DNA of 64,000 nucleotides from Eledone cirrhosa (GCA_964016885.1 OZ024751.1:28210001-28274000); one strand, 5' to 3'. Shown: positions 14,149 through 28,115, numbered from the stretch's first letter. Notes: generated by a model not told the origin, from the letters alone. Made by a program: numbers and translations.

Positions 14149-14545
14149 ACACACGCATAGACACACACATAGACACACACACATATATATACACATATAT
14201 ATACATGTATATATGCATGTGCGTGTGTGTGTATGTATGTTGGTGTTTAGTGTGTCATAGCAACGTTACTATCAACAACGTATTACGAATGGTCCGAAAC
14301 AATGTACAAACAAACCAACAAACCACTACACTTCCCCCCTCTTCTCTCACTCTCTCTATCACTCACTCCCTCCGTCTCCCTCACTTTCTCTCTCAGCTAC
14401 AGCAAATATGTATTTTCATATTACTTTCTTCCTGTTTCACCTTTTTTGTCCTCCTCTTCTCCACCCATCCCGCCCTAGTTATATATAAGTTCAACATCAT
14501 CAGCTTTTGTTTTTGTTTGACATATGTATATATATGTATATATGC

Positions 14546-14701
<156 letters not shown>

Positions 14702-14781
14702 GTGTATATATATATATATAAATATATTATATATATATGTATATGTATATATGCATAGATGTATGTATGTATCTATATATA

Positions 14782-14935
<154 letters not shown>

Positions 14936-15341
14936 TTGTGTCTGTGTGTTTATGTGTGCGCGTGTACAAACAATGAAAAAACAACAAAAAATAAAAGACA
15001 AACAATAAAAAAAAACATGGAGGTATATTGAAATGAAACCTGAGTGCAACTCGTCACAATAGGGAAAAAACTCAAATCTCTCGCTTGAGTAACACTTGAC
15101 AAAAGCTTCTAGTGAGAACTTACTTCTTCTGCGTACGATATATATATTATATAGACAATAGAAATGGACGGGCGGCCGGCGGACAAGCGGACGTTGATAG
15201 CAGGCGAGGGGACGGGTGTGAGCGGTGGAGCACAGCACATACAGACGTGATGTATCTTAGATACGAACTAGGCGTCAAGCTGACACACACTCTCACACAC
15301 ACATATATATTCACACAAACACACACAAACATATACACACA

Positions 15342-15381
<40 letters not shown>

Positions 15382-16523
15382 TATACATATATATACAGAT
15401 ATACACACAAACAGGCATACACACACAAACATACATGCACACACACATGTGTACATGTGTGTCTGTGTGTGTATGCCTCTGTGTGTGTATATATATATAT
15501 ATATACACACACAGAGGCATACACACAGACACACATGCACACATACACACACACACGCATATATATATATAGAGACACGCACACAGACAGGCATACACAC
15601 ACAAACACACAGACACACATAAACACACATTCACACACACACATTCACACACACACATACACACAGGCAGACATACACACACACACACACAACAACAACA
15701 ACAACAACGACAATGGTGGCTCAAATATCAGGATGGTCATTGTTTGGGGTTAGGTAACTATAGCAACTGCTTTATCTCTTGTTTGGCTATCAGTTTTTGT
15801 GTGATACTGCGTGTGTGTGTATTTGTCTATCTGTGTGTTTGTGTGTGTGTATGTGTGTGTGTGATACTGTGTGTGATAGTGTGTGTGTGTGTGAGACTGT
15901 GTGTGATATTGTGTATATGTGATAGTGTGTGTATGTGTGTGTGTGAGAGAGATATACTGTGAGTGATAGTGTGTGTGTGATATTGTGTGTGTGTGTGAGA
16001 GATGCTGTGTGTGCGTGTGTGAGAGATACTGTGTGTGATAGTGTGTGTGTGTGTGTGAGAGATACTGTGTGTGATAGTGTGTATATGTGATAGTGTGTAT
16101 GTGTGTGTGATACTGTGTGTGATAGTGTGTGTGTGTGTGAGACGGTGTGTGATAGTGTGTATATGTGATAGTGTGTGTATGTGTGATACTGTGTGTGATA
16201 CTGTGTGTGATATTGTGTATATGTGATAGTGTGTGTGTGTGATATTGCGTGTGTGTGTGTGTGAGATACTGTGAGTGATAGTGTGTGTGTGTGTGAGATG
16301 GTGTGTGTGTGTGAGAGACGGTGCAGCAGCACATGTGAGGCTAAAAAAACAATGAAGACAATGAAAACAAAAAAAAACAAAATAATGAAAACAAAACAAA
16401 AATATAGTGGTCGTGTTCGTTGGTGCATTAATTGACATGTCTATGTGTCCGTTTCAATACAAACACAGACATAAATACAGAGACATACATACACATGTAC
16501 AAACATACATACGAATATACATA

Positions 16524-16600
<77 letters not shown>

Positions 16601-16602
<2 letters not shown>

Positions 16603-17017
16603 GTTGCCAATAATAAACACACGCACTAGTTGCTTTCATCCAATTTATTATAAATTAAATTTATAAGTTTAAGAATTTATGTGCCGCTCCTTTGTTCTGT
16701 CCTACGCCATCAAGGTGGCGTAGGGCAGAACAAAGGAGAGGCACAAAACAAAGAAAAGAATCCCCAGTTACTGAAGAGGTCACAGAATGTGTGACGAAAG
16801 AACTTTAACAATATATGAACAACCGTCCGGTTGTGGAACCAACCAACCAACCGGAAATTTATAAATTCTTAAACTTATAAATTTAATTTATAATAAATTG
16901 GAGTGAAAGCAATTGGTGCGTGAGTTTCTTATTGGCAACATGACCCTCCCAAAGTATAACAATATCGGTTTCAACACACGTTTTCAGATAAAGAATCTTG
17001 CTAAACAAATTCAGAAA

Positions 17018-17019
<2 letters not shown>
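16601..17019 (+). mobile_element. Short PLE-type insertion with nested inverted repeats and an HHR, flanked by (TA)n
   Basis: Arms ~16601-16680 and ~16862-16941, inner hairpin 16681-16744; sister copy at 57577-57870 on the opposite strand. Confidence 0.8.
16767..16809 (+). ncRNA. Minimal type I hammerhead ribozyme
   Basis: GTTA-CTGAAGA-G-GTCACA gaatg TGTGAC-GAAA-G aa C-TT-TAAC: stems I and II pair fully. Confidence 0.75.
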
Positions 17020-17088
<69 letters not shown>

Positions 17089-17103
17089 AATATATAGATA
17101 CAC

Positions 17104-17160
<57 letters not shown>

Positions 17161-17212
17161 TATATATGTATATGTATATACATATAAATAGACACATATG
17201 TATATATATATA

Positions 17213-17790
17213 TATGGTGGCTGCCAACTCGTTTTCGAGTAGGGCAACTACTTTATATCCATGTAGGAGAACCCCTACCGATGCGCTGAACGAGTGTCAC
17301 TTTTTAGTCCAGCCAGCGACTTGAAAACTCTGGTACAAACACTACACTTGTGACAATTACTGACACATAGTGCTGGGCCCTTGGTACCATGTGACGACAA
17401 GTGCAGAGAGATCTCCAGATATAAAGCAATGCCTGTGCCGTGAAGCTTTTATAGTGAGCAAAGGCACTGCACAAGGCCAGTCCCACTCTCTTCACCAAGA
17501 TGATATTTACCAAAAAGAAGAACAAGTCAACATCATTGGATACCATCAGGGTTGCAGGTGTTATATCAGAGTTTTCCTTCTCCTAGAATTCTGCCTTGAC
17601 AAAGGCTAAGGGGTCATCTCTCCCGGTGATTTTGGATGGCCATTGACTCTTAAGAGCTCCTTTGCTCTTTGACAGGTTTTGTTTTTAATCCTGCAGGATG
17701 TCCAAAGTCACCCTCCTCACCAAGAAACCTTGGTGGGGTTGCTAGTTTAGTCGCCAACGACCCGACCATGAGACAGGTTGGACTGGGATA
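17213..17790 (+). repeat. Dispersed repeat, longer copy of 5143-5640
   Basis: Reverse-complement match; bounded by TA-rich microsatellites. Confidence 0.85.
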
Positions 17791-17821
17791 CATGTATATA
17801 TATATATACATATATACATAC

Positions 17822-17922
<101 letters not shown>

Positions 17923-18130
17923 TACATATACAAGGGATAACAAAATATCGTTATAGGTAATCCAGTTAGAGGTTGTGAATAATTCATATTATTGATAGTT
18001 TTAGCGTACGGCGTTCTTTGACTCAACAAGAGGTTTACGTAGATGACGAGTTTATGAGTTCTCTTGCATTCCGATGTAAGTTTAGCTTGGAGTAATAATA
18101 TTGAAAGAGTGAAGAATAACATGGTCAACA

Positions 18131-18169
<39 letters not shown>

Positions 18170-18172
<3 letters not shown>

Positions 18173-18298
18173 CGAAGGAGTTGTGGTAAGGAACCAGATG
18201 GACCATAACGCCCCAGATTACTCAATACTTAGGGTAGTAGAGTGGGTAATAGGAAAAAGTATGACCCCGACGGCTTGAGCTCTGCCGTCGGGGTCATA
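18170..18298 (-). mobile_element. (TA)n-inserted short fold-back family 'CCCGACGGC' (also ~5075-5135, 35509-35758, 36641-36776, 38234-38415)
   Basis: Shared terminus ..GGTTCCTTACCACA..CCTTCGTTA(TA)n with a variable inverted opposite end. Confidence 0.8.
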
Positions 18299-18812
18299 TA
18301 ATAATATATGCAGTAATAAACACAGTAAATCGTGTGTCTAATATTACGAGGGTTGAAGAACCACATTTGTTTGAAATATTTAACCATGAAACAAACAGAA
18401 AGATAAAAATATATACAGACCGCCTCGATAACTATTATATCTCCCGGACAGATTAGTGATTAATCTGTTTCTCCCTGAGTGTGTTTGTAACAGATAATCC
18501 ACGGGCATCATCAGCGAGAGAATCTGATTAAATGCGACAAACACCTAATGCTAACAGGCACAGAAAAGTGAAAATCTCACCTCGTGCATTGCAAGTCAAA
18601 AGTGGTGTGAGTGGATTGGCCAGAAATAACAGTCCAATACACACAACTTATAAGCTCACCTAGGAAGGGAGCCGAAATATAAATGAAAGGTAGAGTTAAT
18701 AACTCATACTGAAACCCTGTATTATTATAATGCTCAGTATTTATACTTTGAGTTTGTTAATTACAGGGTTTCACTATAAGTTATTAACTCTACCTTTCAT
18801 TTATATATATAA

Positions 18813-18935
<123 letters not shown>

Positions 18936-19002
18936 ATCCCAATCCCCACCCTCTCCTACCACCAGAAAAGATATAAATACCACCACATTTACTCGTACAG
19001 TC

Positions 19003-19053
19003 AGCTTCCTGATGATTTCTCACGAACGAAACAGTTCTAGTCCTGTAGAAGCT
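19003..19053 (+). ncRNA. Type I hammerhead ribozyme in a short (TA)n-flanked element (~18933-19138)
   Basis: AGCTTC-CTGATGA-T TTC tcac GAA C-GAAA-CAG ttctagtc CTG-TA-GAAGCT: 6-bp stem I, 4-bp stem III, GUA cleavage triplet. Confidence 0.85.
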
Positions 19054-19135
19054 TTTTCTATATTAAAACATTTATACTCTGCTATGTATTGAGTACCTTA
19101 CTTACTGTGGTTAGCCCCGATTGAACCAGGAATAA

Positions 19136-19242
<107 letters not shown>

Positions 19243-20097
19243 GCAAAGATGCAAATATACATATATTGGATATTCCTCCACTCTCTAAATATTCCTCTTA
19301 GTTTCATGTAAAAAGTGAATTATTTCTAAAACTTAAATAACAATTTTTGAGCATTAACATTGCCTTTATCTTTCTTGTACATAGACCAAATCTTACATAT
19401 TTTTCTTTAGATAATTATATTTCATATTAGATAATTAAAAAAGAAATAATAACATTGTTTTAAAATATTTTTTTGTCCCTAATAATTATATAGTTTGTTT
19501 TTCTATGAGTAAATATCAACAATAATTCGTGGTCATATAAATATTTCCAGCGTAGGTTTTTTTCTTTCTCTTTTCTTCCGTTTGTCTGCGGCCATCTTAA
19601 TATTTCTCATTTTTTTTTACTCTTATGTGAATGCTGTACTGCTGTATACGATGACGTGTTCTCTAAATCATAGTCACGAACAACAAACATATGGGAAAAT
19701 TTAAGAGATTAACATCAGAAACATTAGAAAGGTCCCTTGTGAGATTGAGTAAAATGTGGTTTGTGATGGGTGGTGTGTGGGGGATGGGTAGGAAAATCAG
19801 TTTGACTATATTACAATTTAACGTCATCGTCAGCATATTTCTAATGGAAGACACTACTTCGGATTTTGAAATAATTTAAAAATTATTCAAGATGAAGGGA
19901 TTTAAGTAATAGAATAAAATTAATTTTCGCAAAAAATAACTTGCTGTTTATGGGCTGTTGTATATATGGCCCCTTAACTGTTCTTTAAAATCTTAGAGGC
20001 GACCTTGTGACATGCAGCGTTTTATGGGTACTTTTAAAAATCTGGTTTCAAGAGAAAATGAGAGACAGTGATAGAGAAGAAGTGAAAACATAATATA

Positions 20098-21432
20098 GAG
20101 GGAAAAATCGACCCAGTACTAAACTGGTACACTTTTTATCGACATCCGAAGGATGAAAGGCAAAGTTGACCTCGGCGGGATTTAACTCAAAGAGCAGAGA
20201 GCCAAAACAAATACCGCAAAGAATTCTGTACGGCGTTCTAACGACTCTGCCAAATCGCTGCCCAGAATCGGTAGAACGTGGGACAATTTGCTTTGCCCTA
20301 TTTAGTTACGACTTTCTACTTTCTGTGTTCAAATCCAGCCATGGCTAACTGAATATTTCCTTCTTCCGGGGACGATGAAAAAAACACCTGTTAAGTAGTG
20401 AGGTCGATATAATCGACTTTCCTCTTTCCTTCCGTCAAATTGCTGGCATTGTGCTAATAATTGTTTCTACTTTTGGCACAAGGCCAGCAATTACACAGTG
20501 TATTACTGGTACTTTATTTTATCGACCCCGTAAGGATGAAAGGCAAAGTTAACCTCGGCGGGATTTGAACTCAGAATGGCAAGGGCCGTAACTCTACGCG
20601 TCAACGCATGGTGTCCGACCCTCTACCGATACTGCCAATCCATTAATAATGTTAGAAAGAAGTATTAAGCTGAAGTTTGGAACACAAGAATGATAGGTTT
20701 TTAGATAAATATCTAGACTTTAATATAAAAAACAATATCAAAGAACGATAGGCTGTTTCAGATTATCTATTTATTTATATCAAAGGAATAAATATTATGT
20801 TTCTTGGGCAAGGCGGTGGATTGGTAGAATCGGTAGAACGTCGGACGGCATGTTTTGCGGCATATTGTTACGGACCATTACGTTCTGACTTCAAATCTCG
20901 CTCAGGTTAGTTTTTGCCTTTCAAATCTACGGGGTCGATAAATTAAAGCACAAGTAACGTACTAGTATCGATTTAATCGACTTACTCTTTCTCTTCAAAT
21001 AGTTGGCCGTGTGCCAAATCCAGAAACATTTATTAATTTTATTCTTTATATTAGTAGAAGTAGCAGCAGGGTCGATAAAATAAAGTACCAGTAACGTACT
21101 GGGGTCGATTTAATTGACTTTCCTCTCATCACAACATCACTGGTCTTGTTCCTATACTAGAAATCATTATAGATAACCTTACGGACTCGATAAAATAAAG
21201 TACCAGTAACGCACTGGGGTCGATTTAATCAATTTCCCCCTTCTCTTCAAGTAGGCAGTATCGGTAGAGAGTCGAACACCGTGCTTTGAAGCATAGAGTT
21301 ACGTCCCTTTATGATCAGAGTTCAAATCCCGCCGAGGTTAACTTTGCCTTTCATCCTTACGGGGTCGATAAAATAAAGTACCAGTAATGTACTGGGTATT
21401 TGCTGGCCTTGGGCCTAAAATAGAAACAATTA
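20098..21432. mobile_element. Dense cluster of ~7 SINE family 1 copies/fragments in both orientations
   Basis: Repeated GGGTCGATAAAATAAAGTACCAG cores: minus at ~20098-20262 and 20460-20642; plus at ~20263-20460, 20811-21035, 21068-21245 and 21254-21432. Confidence 0.85.
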
Positions 21433-21593
21433 TATCTCTTGGGTCGTGGATTAACAAAATCGGTAGAGCGTTGGTGACAAATGATTTGTTATATTTGTTC
21501 TGTATCTCCACGTTGTGAGATCGAATGGCAACGAAGAGGAGAAGTAGGAGGAAAAAGAAGAGGATATTGAGGAGATGTAAGGAGAGGAGGAGA

Positions 21594-21655
<62 letters not shown>

Positions 21656-21775
21656 AAGAGGTGGTGGTGGTGTGTTGTAGGGGGTGGGGGGTGCATTGGG
21701 GACATAGATAAGAAGGAGAAACATTATCTCTTCAGGTTAAGTGGGAGAAGGTCCCGAACGAAAAGTAGGGAAATG

Positions 21776-22497
21776 AATATGTCAGTGTATGTGTGGATGT
21801 GTGTGTTGGTGAAGGTGTATATGTCAGTGTATGTGTGGGTGTGTGTGTTGGTGAAGGTGTATATGTCAGTGTATGTGTGGGTGTGTGTGTTGGTGAAGGT
21901 GTATATGTCAGTGTATGTGTGGGTGTGTGTGTTGGTGAAGGTGTATATGTCAGTGTATGTGTGGATGTGTGTGTTGGTGAAGGTGTATATGTCAGTGTAT
22001 GTGTGGATGTGTGTGTTGGTGAAGGTGTACATGTCAGTGTATGTGTGGATGTGTGTGTTGGTGAAGGTGTATATGTCAGTGTATGTGTGGGTGTGTGTGT
22101 TGGTGAAGGTGTATATGTCAGTGTATGTGTGGGTGTGTGTGTTGGTGAAGGTGTATATGTCAGTGTATGTGTGGATGCGTGTGTTGGTGAAGGTGTATAT
22201 GTCAGTGTATGTGTGGATGTGTGTGTTGGTGAAGGTGTATATGTCAGTGTATGTGTGGATGCGTGTGTTGGTGAAGATGTATATGTCAGTGTATGTGTGG
22301 ATGCGTGTGTTGGTGAAGGTGTATATGTCAGTGTATGTGTGGGTGTGTGTGTTGGTGAAGGTGTATATGTCAGTATATGTGTGGATGCGTGTGTTGGTGA
22401 AGGTGTATATGTCAGTGTATGTGTGGATGTGTGTGTTGGTGAAGGTGTATATGTCAGTGTATGTGTGGGTGTGTGTGTTGGTGAAGGTGTACATGTA
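21776..22497. repeat. 42-bp minisatellite (ATATGTCAGTGTATGTGTGGRTGTGTGTGTTGGTGAAGGTGT), ~17 copies
   Basis: Tandem units; gives the 14-aa periodicity in the artefactual ORFs. Confidence 0.95.
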
Positions 22498-22531
22498 TAT
22501 GTATGTGTGTAAATGTAAAACACACTGGCAC

Positions 22532-22575
<44 letters not shown>

Positions 22576-22579
22576 ACAC

Positions 22580-22624
<45 letters not shown>

Positions 22625-22697
22625 TGTGTGTGTATGTATATATATATATATACATATATACACACACACATATATATATATATATATACATATATAC

Positions 22698-22770
<73 letters not shown>

Positions 22771-22782
22771 TATATATATGTA

Positions 22783-22817
<35 letters not shown>

Positions 22818-22864
22818 GTGTGTGTGTGTATATATGTATATATATATATATACATACACACACA

Positions 22865-22919
<55 letters not shown>

Positions 22920-22920
22920 A

Positions 22921-22974
<54 letters not shown>

Positions 22975-22980
22975 TATATG

Positions 22981-23022
<42 letters not shown>

Positions 23023-23338
23023 TATATGCATGCTATGCATACATGTTCAGATATACTTTCTCGTAGAGGAGGAAAAGAAAAAGGTAAACCATCTAAAGAA
23101 AAGATGTGTCTATGTATATATATACATACATACATACATAGATAAATATATACATACATGCTTACATAGATAAATATATACATACATGCTTACACATACA
23201 CATGTCATACTCAGGTTTATATATATTTATTAATACATACGTTTGTGCTTGTGCATATATGCATGGTGGTATATATAATTACATACATACATATACACAC
23301 ACACACATATATATATACGTGTATATGTATATTTACGA

Positions 23339-23379
<41 letters not shown>

Positions 23380-23382
23380 TGT

Positions 23383-23443
<61 letters not shown>

Positions 23444-23909
23444 TGCGCGTGTGTGTGTGTACGTAGAGAAAGAAGCATACACATACAGAATACGAATGCT
23501 GGTGGTGGGGATGCTATGCCGAAATGTAGCTGATACGGAGTGCGCCATCTGGTGCCAGATCTGTACAGGCAATCCGGATATCCTCTTACCTACCTACCTG
23601 TCCCCCACCCCTTATGTCATTGATCTACACCATCACACCAACCGTGTACACCCCCTTCCTCCCCCTCCCCCTTTCTCTCTCTCTCACACACACACTCTCT
23701 CTCTCCCCCCACCAGCCACGTCAACAGCTTACAAACAACACGTTCTGGCGCCATATTGAAATACACGTTTGTTTTATGATAGGCTACCATTGGAGGTTAA
23801 TGATACTGATGTGTGTGTGTGTGCGTGCGTGTGTGTGTATGTGTGTGTGTGTGTGTGCCTGTAGCTGTTTGTTTGTGTGTGTGTGTTTGTAAGTGTGAAT
23901 GTGTGTCTG

Positions 23910-23945
<36 letters not shown>

Positions 23946-23960
23946 GTATGTCTGACTGTG

Positions 23961-24061
<101 letters not shown>

Positions 24062-24483
24062 CTCGCTGTTTCTGTTTCTGTAAGTGCATACGAGTGCATG
24101 TATGTTTGTGTAGATTTATCTACAATAAATGGAAAACATGAAATTTCATTTCTCACTCTTAGTACAGCTGATACTTAAATATAAGTATGTATACGTACAT
24201 ACATATATGTATACAGACGTACAGTAATATGTATATACATACATACATAGACACATATATATATATGTACGTATAGGTTTACCGAACATTTATTATAATG
24301 CTCGGTTTGTTTGTAAACAAACAGCCCGAATTAAGCCGTACAGTGTTCGGCAACCATCGTTGCCCTTTTGTTCAACACTGACAAAGGAACGATGAACTAA
24401 TTTCTAGCTTCTAGCATGTATGTATGTATATACATACTATTGTACGTCTGTATACATATATGTATGTATCTATACATACTTAC

Positions 24484-24609
<126 letters not shown>

Positions 24610-24756
24610 CAAATTTAGACGGGAACAAAATAGAGGCAGATAAATAGGTTTATTAGGTTCACGCTCTTAATGGGTTCGATTGTTCGAATATATATATATA
24701 TACATACATATGTATATATATTTATTTACATACGTATGTATATATATATACATATG

Positions 24757-24794
<38 letters not shown>

Positions 24795-24947
24795 CATATG
24801 TATATATTTTTTCACTGAGGAACTGGAATCATAGGATTCCAGTTCCTCAGTGAAACAACAACCCAACCAGGAACTGGGCATATCAGAGTATTGACAAAGT
24901 TATACACCTCAACAACATGTGTACTCGTCTCTACCACACTAATTCGG

Positions 24948-25002
24948 ACTGCCTGAAGAGGTCTCAGCCAAAGCTGGCTGTCACCGAAATATATATAGCA
25001 GT
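24948..25002 (+). ncRNA. Minimal type I hammerhead ribozyme with palindromic stem III
   Basis: ACTGC-CTGAAGA-GGT ct CAGCCA aagc TGGCTG tc ACC-GAAA-TATATA-TA-GCAGT, followed by AATAAA. Confidence 0.85.
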
Positions 25003-25448
25003 AATAAACGAAGCCAAATTTTAAACATTTGACTTATTTATTTTATTTTATTATATATATATATATAAATATATATATATACATATGTATGTATATATAC
25101 ATATGTATGTAAATATATATATATACATATGTATGTATATATACATATGTATGTAAATATATATATATACATATGTATGTATATATATATATTCGAGGAA
25201 TCGAACCCAATAAAATTCGAATACTGTACGTTATCTTTACGCTATATTAGAATACTATACTATACAGCGTGATATATATTTGGAAACTCTGCTTCGTAGA
25301 ATCGAGACGTATCTGAGGACCCTGCGATTTCAGAGTCAGGTTTGATCATTACATCGATCGTGCCTCGAGCTGGTCGCCAGAGAAACGATCGTAATATGTC
25401 TAATAAATTTTATTCGTCGCAACACTGATTCTCCGTTTCTTATGTGAT

Positions 25449-25557
<109 letters not shown>

Positions 25558-26450
25558 CGAGGTGGGTCAGTAAAGTTCCAGGACTGATGTCACAAAACAT
25601 TTATTTCAAACCCAAACTTCACACTGAGAGTTTTCTCCTTCAAAGTAATCCCCCTGCAGTCTAATGAACTTTTCCATCCTTTTCTGCCACGCTTGCATGC
25701 ACTCCTGGAAGGTTTCTTCCGGGATCCTCCGCAGTTCCGTCGTCACGGCCTTTTTGATGTCGTCCAGGTCTTCAAAACGGGTCCCCTCTGGGTCGTACTC
25801 AAAGATCCATGTCTCATCACCGGTGATGACTGTTCCTAGCAAGTCTGGTTTGGTTTCAAGATGCTCGAGGATGTCCTGGCACACTTGCATGCGTCGACCC
25901 TTCTGGTCATCGTTCAGCAGTTTTGGCATCATCTTCGCGCAGACTTTCCGCATGTCCAAATCTTCAGTGAGAATCTTCCAGACGCTGTCCCGATTCATGC
26001 CCAGCTCATTTGCCATCAGTCGAACAGTCAGCCGACGATCGCTACGCACCATCTGCCTGACGCGCTCAAAGTTGACCTCAGTCCTGGTTGTTGAGGGCCT
26101 TCCGCTCCTGGGGTCATCTTCCACGTCCTCGCGTCCTTCTTTAAACATCTTAAACCACTCAAAAACACGTGAGCGCGACATCGTCTCATCTCCATACACT
26201 TGCTGCAGCAATCCCAGTGCTTCTGACGGAGTTTTCAAGTTTGTTCGTTGCTCTGTGCTCATTGCTTGACGACCTGAAACAGGACATGTATATAAAATTA
26301 TGAAGAAAAAGGTTTGATCGCTGCAGAGAGGTGAGATTACAGTTACATACTCCAGTGGATTACTTTGAAGGAGAAAACTCTTTGTGTGAAGTTTGGGTTA
26401 GAAATAAATCTTTTGTGAAATCAGTCCTGGAACTTTTCTGACACACCTCG
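25558..26450 (-). mobile_element. Internally deleted mariner DNA transposon with ~100-bp TIRs, TA-flanked
   Basis: TA|CGAGGTG..TCAG.AAAGTTCCAGGACTGAT inverted termini; transposase remnant inside. Confidence 0.93.
25606..26262 (-). pseudogene. Mariner transposase remnant (HTH domains plus first catalytic D; remainder of catalytic domain deleted in frame)
   Basis: DDPRSGRP, KVCAKMMPKLL, ITGDETWIFEYDPE fused directly to GTRFEDLDDIK..GDYFEG. Confidence 0.9.
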
Positions 26451-26467
26451 TATATATATATATATGT

Positions 26468-26593
26468 TTATCCCAGGTTTAAATGGGGGTAACCACAATA
26501 AGTAAGGTACTCAATACATAACAGAGTATAAATATTTAATATAGAAATGACTTCTACAGGACTAGAACTGTTTTATTCAGGAGAAATCATCAA

Positions 26594-26596
<3 letters not shown>
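26468..26596 (-). mobile_element. Decayed copy of the 19003-HHR element family
   Basis: CTTCTACAGGACTAGAACTG match; core mutated (TTGATGA..AAAA). Confidence 0.75.
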
Positions 26597-26634
<38 letters not shown>

Positions 26635-26663
26635 TGGTAACACAACAGTTAGTTCACTATACA

Positions 26664-26699
26664 GAGAACAATTGTTTCACCTTAGTGGATCCTCAGCTC
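26664..26699 (-). ncRNA. Minimal hammerhead ribozyme (element ~26632-26700)
   Basis: Minus strand GAG-CTGAGGA-T CC actaa GG T-GAAA-CAATTG-TT-CTC. Confidence 0.7.
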
Positions 26700-28035
26700 G
26701 TATATATATATATATATACACATATATAAATATATGTATACATGTGTGTGTACATACACACACACACACATATACACACACATATATATATATATCGATT
26801 GAACGTTCAACTAATGAAATAACATGCAGTTACATGAGAATTCGATAGACACGTCTATATTTTATATCTGTATATGTGTCTATGTGCGTATGTATCTGTG
26901 TGTATGTGTATGTGTGTGAGGGTTTGTATGTCAATAAACATATACTCATACATGCATACATACATACATACATACACACACATACATACATACACACACA
27001 CATACATATATACATATATACATATATACAAACATATATACAAATATACACACATACACACATGCATACATACATACATACACACACATACATACATACA
27101 CACACACATACATATACACATATATACATATATACAAACATATATACAAACATACACACATACAGACACACATACATACATACATACACACATACATATA
27201 TACATATATACATATATACATACATACATACACACACTCACATACATACATACATACACACATACATATACACATATATACATATATACAAACATATATA
27301 CAAACATACACACATACACACATACATACATACATACACACACATACATACATATATACAAACATATATACAAACATACACACATACATACATACAGCTG
27401 GCTTAGGTGATCCAGTACGATTTAAGCTTGCGTAACTAAAACGTAATGACAGAACTACGATAAAATACACAGATCCATATTTTCTTTCCATCCGAGTATA
27501 AATTACAGGTAAGCAAATATATTCATGTCTATATTACAGGTAAGTAAATACAGGAATTCTCTATACTGTGACATGTGATTGAACGATTGATTGATAGTTT
27601 AATTGATTGATCGACTGTCATTCACTGTGAACTTTATCTACAATTGAACAACTAGGTTAGCATGTTTGTTTAAGACTATATCCAGATTGACTGCATTTAA
27701 AGTGCAAAAATGTAAGGCTGCTGCCTCATATAGATTTGGTACCTTTATCGAACATCGAACATCGAACATTAAATATCGAATATGGAATATCGAACAGACT
27801 GTTTTCAAGGTCAACTCTTTGACGCGAAGATGTTAAAGTCCTGATTATATTATCATCATCATGTTCTTTGTTGTTGTTGTTGTTATTTTGATTATTATCA
27901 TCTCTATCTGCCTGTCTGTCTTTCTTTCTCCCCCCCCTTCTCTCTCTGTAAGTATATTCGCACACACACACATATATATGTGTGTGTGTGTGTATATCTA
28001 TATTATATATATATGTATTTATATATGTATATATG

Positions 28036-28115
<80 letters not shown>

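Noticed and set aside
27503-27546. Two plus-strand TTACAG|GTAAG motifs as recursive splice sites
   Set aside because: Short local duplication, weak pyrimidine tract, and opposite to the inferred host gene strand.
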